Shown: one piece after another, positions 44,340 to 57,679 of the stretch
Numbering within the stretch: the first letter of the stretch is position 1
How the letters are laid out: every line of letters begins with the position of its first letter
Source of the DNA: Eledone cirrhosa
Taxonomy: Eukaryota
Length of the DNA: 64,000 bases
Direction of reading: 5' to 3'
Assembly (NCBI GenBank): GCA_964016885.1
Contig: OZ024740.1
Coordinates: 291,834,001 to 291,898,000, forward strand
Notes under the pieces: generated by a model
The model's database searches: none
What the model was told of the DNA's origin: nothing
The model's input: the letters and a program-made list of their open reading frames with translations, nothing else
Position numbers and translations under genes: made by a program

Positions 44340-44830
44340 ATCTGTACATTTACCTCATTCTGAGAAGTGGTTCGAGCATAAACCAGAGTTAGTGATAAAA
44401 AACGATTGGTTGAAGGTGCTATGGGATTTCAGGATACAAACAGATAAAGAATTAGAACACAATAGGCCTGACCTGGTGGTTTTTGACAAGGAAAAAAAGA
44501 TCTTGTTTTATTATAGATGTAGCTTGTCCCTTTGACACAACAGTGCAAGAAAAGGAGAAGGAGAAAATTAACCAGTGCCAGGATGTAAAGTGGGAACTGA
44601 AAAGGATTTGGGGTTGTCATGAGATCAAGGTTGTCTCCATCATCATAGGAGCACTGGGTACTATCATGAAGAGTTTCCAAGGCTGGCTAAAGACCATCAG
44701 ACCCCACCCCCACCCCTTGTTTTGGAACACTTCAAAAGGCATGCCGACTGGGATAGGACTCTCCGATACATCCTGAATATCTGAGGCTGCAGGTAGTAGC
44801 TTCTTATTCATTTAGACAAATTTTCCAGTT
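44340..44830 (+). mobile_element. R4/Dong-like non-LTR retrotransposon 3' fragment (restriction-like endonuclease)
   Basis: VLWDFRIQTDKELEHNRPDLVV / FIIDVACPFD...EKEKI...W...VV.IIIGALG, frameshifted. Confidence 0.85.
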
Positions 44831-45069
44831 AAATAACATCAAATGATTGAGATATCAAATTCATAATAATGAAAATAATTTTTAAATGGTGATGGCAACA
44901 TAAACCCCAGGAGAAAGTAACCAAGAGTTTGTAGGTCATTAGTTATGACCCCTCCTCCTAGTTTAGTAATGTGACAAAAGAACAGCCTAAGAAAAAAGAA
45001 ATAATAATAATAACCCTCCTTTTTCCTATTAAGAAATAAGGCTTCAATGTTTTATTGTCATTCACTCCA

Positions 45070-45630
45070 GATTTCTCTCAGCCTGCCTTCAATTCTTCTC
45101 CACCAGGGGTTTGGTCAATAAGCTTTCACTTTCCTGGTGGTTTCTATCTTAATACTACCTCTGATATCCTGCCCTGGACCACTCTATGTGCATGGTCTAA
45201 CTAGCTGGTCCAGTGGCATTTTATTTCAAGCATTACAGTATTGCAATTAGGTTTGCAATACAGCTCTCATTTGACACATTGTTGGACCAGAAGATGGAGT
45301 GGATTCTCTTCAGACTTCCATTGTCAAAAGGCTTGATCTCATTTGTATCTATTTTAAGCACTTGCTTGTATTTTGAGCCATACCGTAGAGCAGGTTATAG
45401 AGTTCAAACTTAGTTTGAATACTCTGTAGCCTAGACTGAAGTCTTGTGAAGCTTCGGGGTTTTTAAAAAGCCTTGCTTTGGTGTGTTTTTTTGTTCCATT
45501 GATCTTGCTGATAAGATTTCCTAGGTATATAAAATCGCCCACATAGTCTAGTAGCTCACCAATACCAGTGATAAATGCAGGGTTGTTAGAGTTTAAGCAC
45601 AGGACTTGTACTTTTGAAGTATTGATGATA
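45070..45630 (-). mobile_element. Highly decayed RTE-like LINE fragment
   Basis: V.DFIYLGNLIS..NGT.K..KARL motif. Confidence 0.6.
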
Positions 45631-47399
45631 AGATCTGTTTAACCTATCAATTTTCTTATGTAAATGATCTCTCTTTAATCTCTTCAGTGTTGTAGATGAG
45701 ATAACTCGTCCTAACATGTATGCATTCCAGTGCCACAGATGCAGATGAGATAACTCATCCTAACATGTTTGAACTTGTTTCCAACAGTTCATAACTTCAA
45801 AGCTAGATGGGATTACTAGTTTATTGATGTGACGTTTGTAAATCATTCAGATATGACATAGTATTACCAAATATATTATGCATTGTGTACATATTTGAGA
45901 TTTTTTTGTCATTGTTATTTTTATTGCACATGTGTGATTTGAACGGTAAGATGTTTTTTCTGCTTTTCTATAGAGTTTGAATGATGTTAAGCCTTGTGTT
46001 TTTAATAAATATTTTTTTTTTAAATAGTCATTTTACTGAAAAAAAATAACAACACAGCAACTGTAGCTGTGTAAAATATACGCGGCAGTCAACAGGTTAA
46101 GGAAAGAATTGCCAAGTCACCCATAAAGTCAGAATCTTCTAAATGGGAAAGAAATTTGTCCACTGGATACCTCTGGACTTATCTAATGTGGTCTTATATA
46201 TGATTCAGTTGATAAAGAGGACAAGGAAAGTGTACAGTCTTGTCACACACAGAATTTCACTCAAAACTTGTCTTGTCTATGATCATACTGCATTTGGAAT
46301 GCTTACAAAACAGACTTATCAGAATGGTGAACTTCTTAGCCTTTCTAATGAAACTGATATAAAATAGAACATTCCACTCAAGGCACTGTTATGAACTAAG
46401 GGACTAACTATCAAATTTCTCAAGAAAAGCCACATGTAGAGCTGTGATAATTGGTGTGGTAGCACACTCCTTTCCATCTTTAGCAAGGTCTTCTGCTGAG
46501 ATTTTCTTCGGTGGATTGAATCAACAACTGACAACAAGCTAAGGAAAGTGCAAGCAGCATTCAGTGCATTGATCAAAGAGTGGAATGTTCTATTGTTTGT
46601 GTTTACTCTATCTGCTAGAAATACCAGCTAAATAGACAAATATCTAGGCATGCATCAGAGGTGTATTGGTCATATGGGGATTTAGGCAATGCATGGTAGG
46701 TTACTGGGATGAGTGAAAAAAAAAAAGCTGAAAAATATCATAGTTGTTACATAGACATTGAAATGAAAAAGGAATGCACATTAGATAAGCAGTGAAAAGA
46801 CTTCCCTGGCCCTGAGTAGTTAGTCAGTGTCACCCAGATGCCTGACATGCTCTCTAACACATGAGAATATAATTTGTTTAGATAGTGAACAGAGAAAATT
46901 AACAAAATTTCTTTCCAGCAGATCAAACTGTAGATACCATGACATCCCCGACCCTGGATCAACCATTAACTAAAATAAGACCCTACTTAGGGTTTCAAAT
47001 AAAGAGGAGCCTCATAGAGTTTCTTTTTTCTAGTGCTGGATTTACAATGGACCATGGTCAGATGTTGCAGTGGGGGTCTCTGCCATCTGTTCAGTGCTGT
47101 AAAAGTCTTAATCCAACCCTGGACAGTTCTTTTAGTTCTTTGATTAATGGAACAGCCTGCTCGTGAAATTAATGATTAAATGGCTGAGTATTCCATAGAA
47201 ACACATAGCCTTACCATAGATTTCGGGGAGATTCAGCTTGATATAGTGTGTGACAAGGTTGGCCCTTTGAATTGCAGGTACATTCCATCATATAGGCTTC
47301 CAAACAGTTTCTGTCTACCCATTTTCTCTTGCAAGGCTTGGGTTAACTCGCGGCTATGGTAAATGACACTTTGTCAAGATGTGAGGCAGTGAGATCAAA

Positions 47400-47580
47400 G
47401 TGTGAACATATTTACTATTAAACCATATGGGTGGAACTGGGAACATGTTAACCATTAAGTCATATAGGATGGAACTATGAATATGTTAACCATTAAACCA
47501 TGTAGGATGGAACTATGAATATGTTAACTATTAAGTCATATAGGATAGAAGTGTGAAATGTTAACCATTAACCCACATAG
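47400..47580. repeat. ~38-bp minisatellite, about 4.5 units
   Basis: TTAACCATTAA..CATATAGGATGGAACTATGAATATG. Confidence 0.8.
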
Positions 47581-48399
47581 AATGAAGGATAAGTTGTAGT
47601 TATTTTGAATCATTCTTTTGGAAATGATATGGTTGACTAGATTCATTACAGAAGCAGTGTTTGTTTATTTCAGCAGCTTTAATTATTTCAATCATTAAGT
47701 AAGATAGGACCAGATTTTTAACAAACTTTAGTGACTACTGTTTTTTTTATTGCTATGTAGAAAGGCAGTGGAGTTTAAGCAAGAAAAATTCATCTCTCCA
47801 ACAGCTTCATATTCCATAACTTACCATTCTTTATAAATTCTCATTCTCAACCTTCATTGAAAAATGGCAGATAACTATTACCATCTTCCTGTCCTAATCG
47901 CTGACAATCTCAAATTACATATTTTTTGTGTATGTGTGTGTGTGCATATGCCTGTGTGTGTTTGAGTGTATGCATATATACATGGGTACTATTTTCAAAA
48001 TAAAATTGTATTCCTATTATTTTGAAGAGAGTCAGTTTAATGCTTCAAATCAGGATTATTTTTAATTCATATTTCAAATTTCACTTTTATCTTAGCTTCA
48101 AGATAATTTGTGTTACTATCTATCCTGCTTTCTTTTACAGCTTTATCTGTTTTCTCATATCCTCACCTGGATACCAGATTAACCTAACAACAAAAGTAGC
48201 ATATGCTACATTTTCAAAGACCCACATTGTTACAATAGACCTATATTTCATTCAACTTTTAAGAACGATAGGTTGTTTGAGGTTAATTGAATAATCAGAA
48301 TACTTCTGATATCTAAAACACTTTAACCCTTTTTTTTACCATAATTCACTTCAAAGATACAGCCAATGATTTTAAAATAATTTGGAAAATAATCAAGCT

Positions 48400-49240
48400 G
48401 TAATCTGACTTCAGATCAGCAAATAGTGTTCTGGCAAACCATCTGCCAACTTCGTAATAAGAAGCCCCACTCCACACATGCTATCAAGAATGCATTTGGA
48501 GAGTTCTCTCTTCAGAGAGGTGCATCCTTGTGAGGTGGAAAAAATACTTTGCTGGTCTTCTAAACCAGATCACAACAGCATCTTCTGATGTACACGAGGT
48601 GTATCTTGGAGCAGTGACTATTCTCTCAGAGACAGGTCACAAGAGCAGTTGAAGAGCTCAAATGTGACAAGGCCCCAAGATGTTAAAAGCCTTAAATAGA
48701 GAAGATATTCTCTGGATGACTCGTGTATGCCAAGTGGCCTGGATCTCTGGAAAGGCACCTAAGCAATGGCAATCAGGAGTGATAATCACAATGTTCAAAA
48801 AGGGAAACAAGAGAGATTGTTCCATTTACAGAGGCATCTCCTTAAGTCTCCCCAGTAAAGTCTATGCTAAGTGTCTGGCAAAGAGATGCAGGAAGATTGT
48901 TGAGTCCAAGCCAGCTGATGGACAGTGCGGTTTTTGCTCTGGATGCTGCATAGCTGACCATATATTCACACTGCAGCATGTCTTTGAGAAATTTTGGGAG
49001 TATTGCCAAGATGCCTATACTTGTTTTGTTGACCTTGAAAAGGTTTATGACTGTGTTCCTCAGGACCTGCTGTGGAAGGTTATGCAGGAGTATGGGATCA
49101 ATGGTCAGCTTCTTGCTGGCCTGATGTTTCTATATGAATGCCCAAGTATTTGTGTTTGGATATATGGTGCTAAATCGAAACCATTCACTGTGGGAGTCAG
49201 ACTACAGCAAGACTCTGTCACCTCTCCTGTTCATTATTTA
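48400..49240 (+). mobile_element. RTE family A internal fragment
   Basis: Collinear with 5920-6715 ([28 protein letters not shown]). Confidence 0.9.
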
Positions 49241-49484
49241 CATCATCATCATCATGTTCCCATAACCCTTTTGGGGGCCGTTGGGGCAATGCTGTGTTGA
49301 ACACTACACCAACTGCCTCTGTGTCTGGCGGTTATTAGCGAGTGCTTGTGTTGTGACAAAGTTCTTTCCTGTCAACTCAGCTGTAAATCAGATCTGCCAA
49401 CCTCTAAAACCCCAAACGTGAAGTACCATGAAAAAAAGGGCCCCCAAAAGGGGAGAAATGAGGCAAAATGGGAAGATTTTACAT

Positions 49485-49665
49485 AATTGTTTCTATATTT
49501 GGCACAAGACCAGCAATTATCCCAGTGTATTACTGGTGCCTTATTTTATCGACCCCGTCAGGATGAAAGGCAAAGTTAACCTCGGCGGGATTTGAACTCA
49601 GACCATAAAGGGACGTAACTCTTTGCTGCAAAGCATGGCGTTCGACCCTCTACCAATACTGCCAT
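49485..49665 (-). mobile_element. tRNA/Nin-like SINE (young subfamily)
   Basis: Same family as 4878-5060. Confidence 0.85.
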
Positions 49666-50909
49666 AAAAGCTATACCCATTTTCACAAAGGAAGACTTCT
49701 CTCACCCATTCTAAAGTGGCTTGACAGGTCTGTGTAAATGGACGGTACCAGTAAATTTAAAGAGTCTGTCCTGTCATACACTATGTCACGCTGAATCTCC
49801 CTGAAAATTACGTGTCAGTGGAATGCTAAGTCACGTTAATTTCATGAATGATCTGTTCCTTGATAGAACAACACTCATCGTCGAAAGCGACGTAAACCTA
49901 TACCAATAATTCCATTCATACATTTGACCTTGTAAGTTAGTTTAGACACAGATTTACCTCCCTTCTTAACACTATGGTTCCCTAAATAAGACTATGTTCA
50001 CGCACTTAACATCATTTCAAGGAAAAGTATATATTGTAAAATAATTAACAACACACATTCGTCGACACATGGTAAAAAAAATGTTCTTTTTCTTCTTCCA
50101 AATATTTCGTTCTGTTACATTACTTTGTTTTCTCCTGTGTTATCGCTTTAATCTTCTTAGTAAAAAATGACCTACACCGCTTTCAAACTATTAAAGCAAA
50201 TATCCTTACTCGTGTCTGTAAAACTGGATTAATATTTGCTACGAAATATACTTTTCTTTAATACATTTTGTGAAATCTTCTGATAGATTATATTAAAAAC
50301 GTATATTGGTTTATAACAGTTGTATATTATGAAGTTCTTATTGTTTGGGGATTTGCGTTTTTTTTTATTATTTCCGTGTTTTTATTCAGTTGATTCACAG
50401 TTGTATGAATAACATTACAAATTGCTCAGAATTCTTTTAGAATGAGAATATAAACACAATAAATACAACTATTGCTAGGAACCTCACAATTACAATGTAG
50501 CAAAATACACGATCAAAGCGAGAGGAAAAACAAGGGAGGGATGGGGTGGACAAAAATAGTTGGAAAACAAATTATTGACATAAGTATTCAGAGTACTAAA
50601 AGAATTGTGAGCAAGTTATGTTATGTATGTATATATTTAAAACTTAATAAAAAGAGTATTTCACTCGTTTTCCTATCTTATTAAGATTCTACTGAAACCA
50701 AAAATATTTACAGATTTCATTCTTTGTCGGATATATGGCACATTATATTATATATATAGCCGTATGTGGTTGACGGTTAAGAGAAAGGTGTACTCAATAC
50801 CGCTTGTCTGATGACCCTATGATAAACAGGCGAAACTCCAGAGTAACAAGATTCACTATTTAACCTTACTCAGGTGACTACGTTGATGCCTACCCGTGGT
50901 TAACATTTG

Positions 50910-51485
50910 TGGCCTACTCAGCTTGGACGAGCTTTGTATCTCCATTGCCCTCAGAGTGAAAGCCGGCGTCTGTACGGGTCTGAAATGTCGGTGTAGTAGG
51001 CTCCCGACCCCACGGGCCTTCACGGTCTATCCTGAATGCCGGTCGCCTCGCACGTCACACTGAGCTAAACCTCAACATCAAAAGCTTTGGACCGGGCAAA
51101 CATCCCCTCAATTTTGGAACCGTCTGTGTTGTCCAGAATTGATGGGAAAAGACCTGACAGTCTTACTCTGTGCCCTTGTATAAGACGCAGGTGTCTTATC
51201 TGGGATGTCACAGTTAGTGACTCTTTTTCTCCTTCCCACATCCTGGATGCTGTAGATAGGGCGAGAGCCACAGCTTCCGTAGCCGAGCGGAACAAAATCC
51301 TGAAATACATTTTCCAGCCTGTGTCGTTAGGGTGAGTCGGACCGCTAACTGCGAGGTTCTCGTCTTCACTGGCGGCTTGCCTAACCTAAGTAATTGGTGA
51401 TCCTCGTGAAGGAGCTTGGCTGTTCCAACGCATCAGCCTCGCCATCACCCGAGGTAACGCTGCGAGCGTGCTGGCTTGCCTAAAA
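50910..51485 (+). mobile_element. CRE-clade-like non-LTR retrotransposon 3' fragment (Zn-knuckle remnant plus RLE)
   Basis: RH.ELN, PSILEP..LSRIDGKRPD..T......LIWDVTVSD, AE..K..KY, WLFQRISLAITRGNAASVL; GC- and CpG-rich. Confidence 0.85.
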
Positions 51486-52825
51486 AATTATATTTTGCTC
51501 TGGCCGCTGTTCGATATTGTTATCTTTTGCTCTGGCCGCTGTTCGTTTGTCCACCCCTTTTGCTGTATGTGGTCCTGGGTGTGTGTATTACCGGCTTGTG
51601 TGTGTTTTTTCTTTTTATATAATTGCTTTTCATTTCATAATATATATATATATTTGTGTGTGTTAGAAATAATTTCATACCAGGCAATAAGTATGGCATC
51701 TTTTTAAAATTGACCAATAAATCATTATTTATAACATTGGCATAAGGCTAGTAATTTTGGGAAAGGGAAAAATCGTTTAGATCGATCCCCAATAGTTAAC
51801 GGGTTGTTTATTTTATCGACCACAGAAGGATGACAGGCAAAGTTGACCCTGACAGGATTTGAACTCAGAATGTAGAAAGTCATAATTAAATACCGCAAAA
51901 CTGTTTGTCTGACACTCTACCGATACAGTCAGACCACTGCCCCAGCTTAACCATTTCTGATGGAAAACAAATTTTCTACAATAAACAAGAACCGAAGGAA
52001 ATTTCGTAGACAAAGACTAGATATTTTTAATACAATATAGCGACTTCTTGATGAGGAAGCTTGTGTTCACGGTTGTGAACATTCGTTTTAATTAGAAAAC
52101 CTGTATGGTCACTCGACCTACTATAAATAGCAGCCAAATCTCCCCTAAATCAAACTCCACCACCATAACTCTTATCCTGTAAGGATTCAACAGAAAATAT
52201 TTTAAAAAATGGGTTTGTTGATATTTTTACTATTTGGACATGTATATTGTGAAAAATTTTGATTTTTAATGCGATGCAGTCATTAGTGCTGTTTTGTATT
52301 TTTCAAGAATGTTTTGTTCATGTTGTTTACTATGGCACAGGACGTTAAGAGATAAGCAATGAGGGGCACATTGTGTAATATATTCTCAGATACCCTTAAA
52401 AAGACAAGGTGGTCGTGGATGGAACTCTTTTAATCATAGGATAATTTGAGTTTAAACAGCAATAACTATAAAGACTTAATGTGATTGAAAAAATTACATA
52501 ATAGCCTGGGAAGACAGGTTTTTTTCAAAAATTTATTGTTGCACTTTTTCTGTATGACAGTAAATAAATCTTAGTCTCAAGTCAGTAAATTTATTATCAA
52601 ATATATTCCAGCCATGACCATCCTGTATTTTAGGGGCATCTTAAGATAGCATTATCAATTGTGTTTTTCCTTATTTCAAGACTTAGATTTAGTTTGGTTA
52701 CTATTTGTATTAGCGTGATTATCCACACAACTCTATTGACCTTGGTAATTTAAAAGGATAGAAACTTAAATCCATCTCATGCAACATGAGTATTCTACCA
52801 CCGAGGAACATCTTTACCTTTCATT

Positions 52826-53572
52826 TAACCCTTTTGATAGAAACATGGCCAAAACTGGTTCTTGCCAATGAAATACAATTGCACATTTTAACCTTTTAGT
52901 TACCAACCCGGTCAAAACCGACCCTGATTCTATGAAATATAACCACCCAAAGGTTTCCAATTTAAATTAAAATCTTCCAACATAATTTAAAGTTACTATC
53001 TTAGTAATCAAATAATTATTAATTTTAGTAAATCCCTTACAATTCTTCATTAATTAATCGAAATAGAGTGTATTTCATTAGAAATATGGTCATGAAAGGG
53101 TTTAAATTATTACTTTCTTAGTTATGAAATAATTAATTTCACCAAATCCCTCGAAATTCTTTATAAATTAACCCTTTCATGACCATATTTCTAATATAAA
53201 AAAAACACTCTTGTTTCACTTAATGAAGGATTTTGAGGGATTTGCTAAAATTATTAATTATTTCATTACTAAGATAGTAACTTAATGTAAGGTTCTTATA
53301 TAAAATTATCTTGGAAGATTTTAATTTAAATTTGAAAACTTTAAAATGGGTGGTTTTATTTTATAGAACCAGAGCTGGTTTTGGCTGGATTGATAACTTA
53401 AGTGTTAATTAAAATAAATAGAGTATTTCATTAGGAATGCGTCATGAAAGGGCTGAAGTTAGTTTACTATCTTAGTTATGAAATAATTAATTTTACTAAA
53501 TTCCTCAAAATTCTTCATTAATTAATTGAAATAAATAGTGTTTCATTAGAAATAGGTTTACAAAAGGGTTAA
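52826..53572. mobile_element. Cluster of nested piggyBac-type MITEs
   Basis: Repeated TTAACC(C)TTT starts (~52826, 52888, 53168) and AAGGGTT(T)AA-like ends (~53100, 53405, 53450, 53572). Confidence 0.75.
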
Positions 53573-54084
53573 AATATTTCCCATAGTAGTCAGGTATAGC
53601 CAATTAATGTAGGCTGGTAGTTTACTTGATTGAATCAATCGAGAGGCAAATTATCTGAGTCATTAAAATGCTAGACAAACTGCTTTATGGTATTTGTTCT
53701 GACACTCTGCACTCTCAGTTCAAATCCCACTGAGGTCAACTTTTCTTTTCATCCTTTCAGGGTGGATATAATGAAACGCCAAGCTAGGACAGTGGATTGG
53801 CCTAATTGTTAGAGCATCTGACAAGATACCACAGTATTTATTTTGGCTCTTTGTGTTCTGAATTTAAATTTTGCTGTAGTCTACTTTGGTGGTAGACTTA
53901 ACTTGTCACCCAGTTTAACACCTCTACCTGACCCATGGATACCTTTAGTAAAGTGTCCAAGCATTCAAGCCTGATCTCCTGTTTGAAGATACTTTACTCT
54001 TCCTTCTGACTGAACAGAAAATAAAAAAAACATCTGTCTGTATTACTGGCTGTTATGTGTAATAAATGAATGGCAAAGTATGCA

Positions 54085-54365
54085 TGGGTTGAGAAAAAAA
54101 CTGGGTATAAAAAGAATCAAATGTATTGTCCAAGAGAGAAAACTGCACTGGTATGGACATGTGATGCATATGGATGATGATTGTTGGGTAAAGAAGTGCC
54201 AGGAGTTCCCAGTGGAAGGAATCTGTCAAGGAAGACCTGGGTAGGAGTGGTGAGAGTGGATCTTAAAACACTGAACCTGACAGTAGGTGGAGGAAAGCTG
54301 TTCTGGAAAAGGCATGTCCAACCCAAGAAAGCATGGAAGAGCAGATATAAAATCATGATGATGTA
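54085..54365 (+). mobile_element. Old RTE 3' fragment
   Basis: ERKLHWYGHVMHM...VKKC...RKTW, ATGATG tail. Confidence 0.75.
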
Positions 54366-54408
54366 TAAATGGGAAATGGAACCCCAGTAGTTTTCAAACT
54401 TAGTGAAA

Positions 54409-54597
54409 TAATTGTTTCTACTTTTGGCACAAGGCCAGCAATTAATCCAGTGTATTACTGGTACTTTATTTTATCGACCCCGTAAGGATGAAAGGCAAAG
54501 TTAACCTTGGCGGGATTTGAACTCAGTCCGTAAAGGGACGTAACTGTGCTGCAAAGCATGGCGTCCGACCCTCTACTGATACTGCCAATCCACCGCG
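54409..54597 (-). mobile_element. Full-length tRNA/Nin-like SINE with a probable target-site duplication
   Basis: GTGAAATAAT flanks both sides (54402-54411 and 54597-54606). Confidence 0.85.
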
Positions 54598-54760
54598 TGA
54601 AATAATATGAATTACTATATTACAGTTTATCCATCACGTCAAATGCCCAAGTAATCATCACTGACATGAAAAAATAATACTTATGTGTCTATACTTCATG
54701 TCACAAATGCAGTGCAATTTTTTAAATATAAATATCTGTTTGTTTTCCAGGTATGCCAAG

Positions 54761-55318
54761 ATGAATAATATACTAAGAGCTTCATTGAATTTTCATAGAA
54801 ACTTCTCATCAATACTAAATGGGATCACCCAAAAGATTACTATAGCAAAAGTGGAGATACCTTCAAGAAATATTAATCAAACAATTCTTCAAGACTTAAC
54901 TACCAAGTCAACATGTTGCCAATTTGTTTCTACAAAGAATTTTGATGTTAGTCATGGTCCTTTAATTTCAAAATCACGATCCTCTGTTTTGACAAATAAT
55001 TCGGGTTTATTTTCCATTCTGCCATCTATTGGAGTTACTTGGCAACAAAAGCGTACTTACAAAATGAAGTTATATCCAAAACTCAGGTGCAAAGACTGTT
55101 TTTTTGTTCATAGGCATAATCGCTTGTTTGTTGAATGCAAGGTAAAACCTCGTCATAAACAGATGGAATTTAAGACTAAGGATCAGTTATGGAAGGAAGA
55201 TTATTCAAAAGGAAATGTAAAATTAGCAGCATTTTGGAAGTGGTCTAAAGAGGCTTGGTATAAAAGAGGCAACAATAAATATTCTCGCTTTGATTGGCTA
55301 CAGGGAAAATATGATTGA
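54761..55318 (+). CDS. MRPL36: Mitochondrial ribosomal protein L36 (bL36m), 185 aa, single coding exon
   Basis: L36 zinc ribbon YKMKLYPKLRCKDCFFVHRHNRLFVECKVKPRHKQ preceded by a basic, Ser-rich presequence-like region; acceptor TTTTCCAG ends at 54750; AATAAA shortly after the stop. Confidence 0.9.
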   Translation: MNNILRASLNFHRNFSSILNGITQKITIAKVEIPSRNINQTILQDLTTKSTCCQFVSTKNFDVSHGPLISKSRSSVLTNNSGLFSILPSIGVTWQQKRTYKMKLYPKLRCKDCFFVHRHNRLFVECKVKPRHKQMEFKTKDQLWKEDYSKGNVKLAAFWKWSKEAWYKRGNNKYSRFDWLQGKYD

Positions 55319-57679
55319 GAAAATATTTGGAATTTTTATAATTTTTAGTCATTTTGAAATAAAATAAATTTATTTGGTTCTGTTTGTTAATTTTGTTAAT
55401 TGAATTTTTAAACCTATGAAATATTAAATTAATAGATGAATGCTTTTTAATATAAAACATTACTATTTTAATGAATATATCAACATTATAAGACACAGAA
55501 ACTTGTGTAAATAATACTAAAGCTTAGAGACTGATTTAGCTACTATTTCTAGCTGATCAACTGTGTAGAGGCTTCTTTGGCTTTTCCATGTTGTATGCAT
55601 GTATTCTCTCCGTATGATTAACCTGATTTTTTAATGTTAAAATGGAAAATTACTCAAGTTTGAAACACTTTTTGTAATGTTCTCAACACAACCACTTTAC
55701 AGGCTGAACTGAGTGCTTTTTGTTGGGACACCTACATGACCACTTTTCAGTGTGGACTGGGTGCTTTTTGTCATGGCACCTACACGACCACTTGACAGTG
55801 TGGGCTAGGCACTTTTTGTTGTATCGCCATCATGACCACTGTGCAATGTGGGCTGGGGACTTTGGTGGGGGAGATGTGTGGGGATTGAGGATGTAAGCAT
55901 AGGGGTAGTCGCCATCACGACCACTTTAGAGTATGGGCTGCGGGCTTTGGTGGTTGGAGGTGTCTGGAGAATGGGGAGGTGGGTATTTGGTATTTGGCCA
56001 TGTCCCCTTAATATTATCAGACATCCTTCACATTGCTTTGAATATACATTTGGCAATTACCCATGTCCCCTTGATATTTTTATGTCTGAATCTGCAGTCA
56101 CTGGATTAACAAAATTCAGTGAATAGTTGGACGGAGAGTTATGTATGGAGCTGTAACTCCAGACAGAGTTGTAGGGACATGTCTTGACATATAGCATGTC
56201 TTGGGCACTTTAAACCTGGCAGAGCATGTCTCCTCTCAGGTTGGGAAAAGCCTATTTTGTACAGAGAAGGAAGTGAAAAAGAGATATAGAAAAAGAATCA
56301 ACCCCAGTACTGGACTGGTACTTTTTTTACCATCCTCAAAAGGATGAAAGGCAAAGCTGAACTCTGCGAGATTTGAATTTGGGGAGCTGAAATGAATACT
56401 GCAAAGCATTAGAGCATTCTAACAACTCTGCCAGTTTGCGACATGAGAGTGAGTTATAGGTAAGCAACTTGTCTGTAATTCTACAGGTACATGTTGACTG
56501 ATAATGTGTAATAGGAATTGAATACTATGATCCTCTACTAGCACTATTTCAATACAGAGTACAAAACTCATCATCATCATTTAACATCGATTTTTCCCTG
56601 TTAGCAAGGGTTGGACAGGTTGTCACAGACCATGCTTGTACTTAGTTGAATCTACTAACCTTTCAGACAGTCTAAGGGCCAAATCTACATTCTAACACTA
56701 CTGAGTGCATTTTATCATGTCACCAGCACTAAGAATGTTGTCATGTCTTTGACACACCTGTAGAATCCTCTTGATTCTGGCAAGTTTTCTACAGCTTGAT
56801 GCCCTTCCTATCACCAACCACTTTATAGTGAGTACTTAGTACATTTTATGGTAGCAACGTTAAAGTACTGATATCAATTCATTAATTCAGTTATCACCAC
56901 CACCATCGTCATCACCACCATCATCAACATCACCACCACCACCACTATCATCATCACCATCATTTAATGTCCATTAAAGGATGATGATTTAGATTGTACT
57001 GATCACTTGATATCTGTTATAAATCTAATGTCAAATCAATTTATTTTCAACGTGACAATATAAAACATCACTGACAACACTATTTTAATTCACAACAACA
57101 ACACAAAAAAATTATTTTGAATTCCAAAATATAATAAACACAACAATATGAACAATAATGCAAAAGAAGGGAACAACATAGATTGGTTGGTCCTGCTTGT
57201 GGGGATCCAGCCAGATAAGTTGGAAATGTTTGCTTCTGACAGGACCCATTTAAAGGAGTGTTTGAGGACTCTCCCCATGACCCTCAGGAATAAGTGGGTG
57301 ATGAAGAATAAGAAGTCTTGGTGAAGTCATAGGGTTGCTGTAGTGATATATAGCATATCTTGGGCATTTAAACTTGGTGGAGCCCATCTCCAGATTTTGG
57401 TTTCTTCCACAGAGAGTGAGTGAGAAAAAGATATAGAAGAATCAAACCCAGTACTGAACTGGTACGTTATTTATTATCCCCCCCCTCAAAAAAAAAATGA
57501 AACACTGCTGTTTAGAATAAACTGAGAGGTTGTTTGGAGTCTTGGTTACATGAATATTCAGTACTTAGCTAGGTCTTCAACAGCCTGTTATTTGAGGATA
57601 GGATATCCACTCATGTTGAGAAAGCAGTAACTCTGAAGAGCAAATTAAACTAGAAAATGTGAGTTAATGTGTTTAATTT

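Noticed and set aside
54683-54760. Longer 211-aa MRPL36 N-terminus given by the ORF track
   Set aside because: The upstream part is a polypyrimidine tract and acceptor (TGTTTGTTTTCCAG), so it is intronic.
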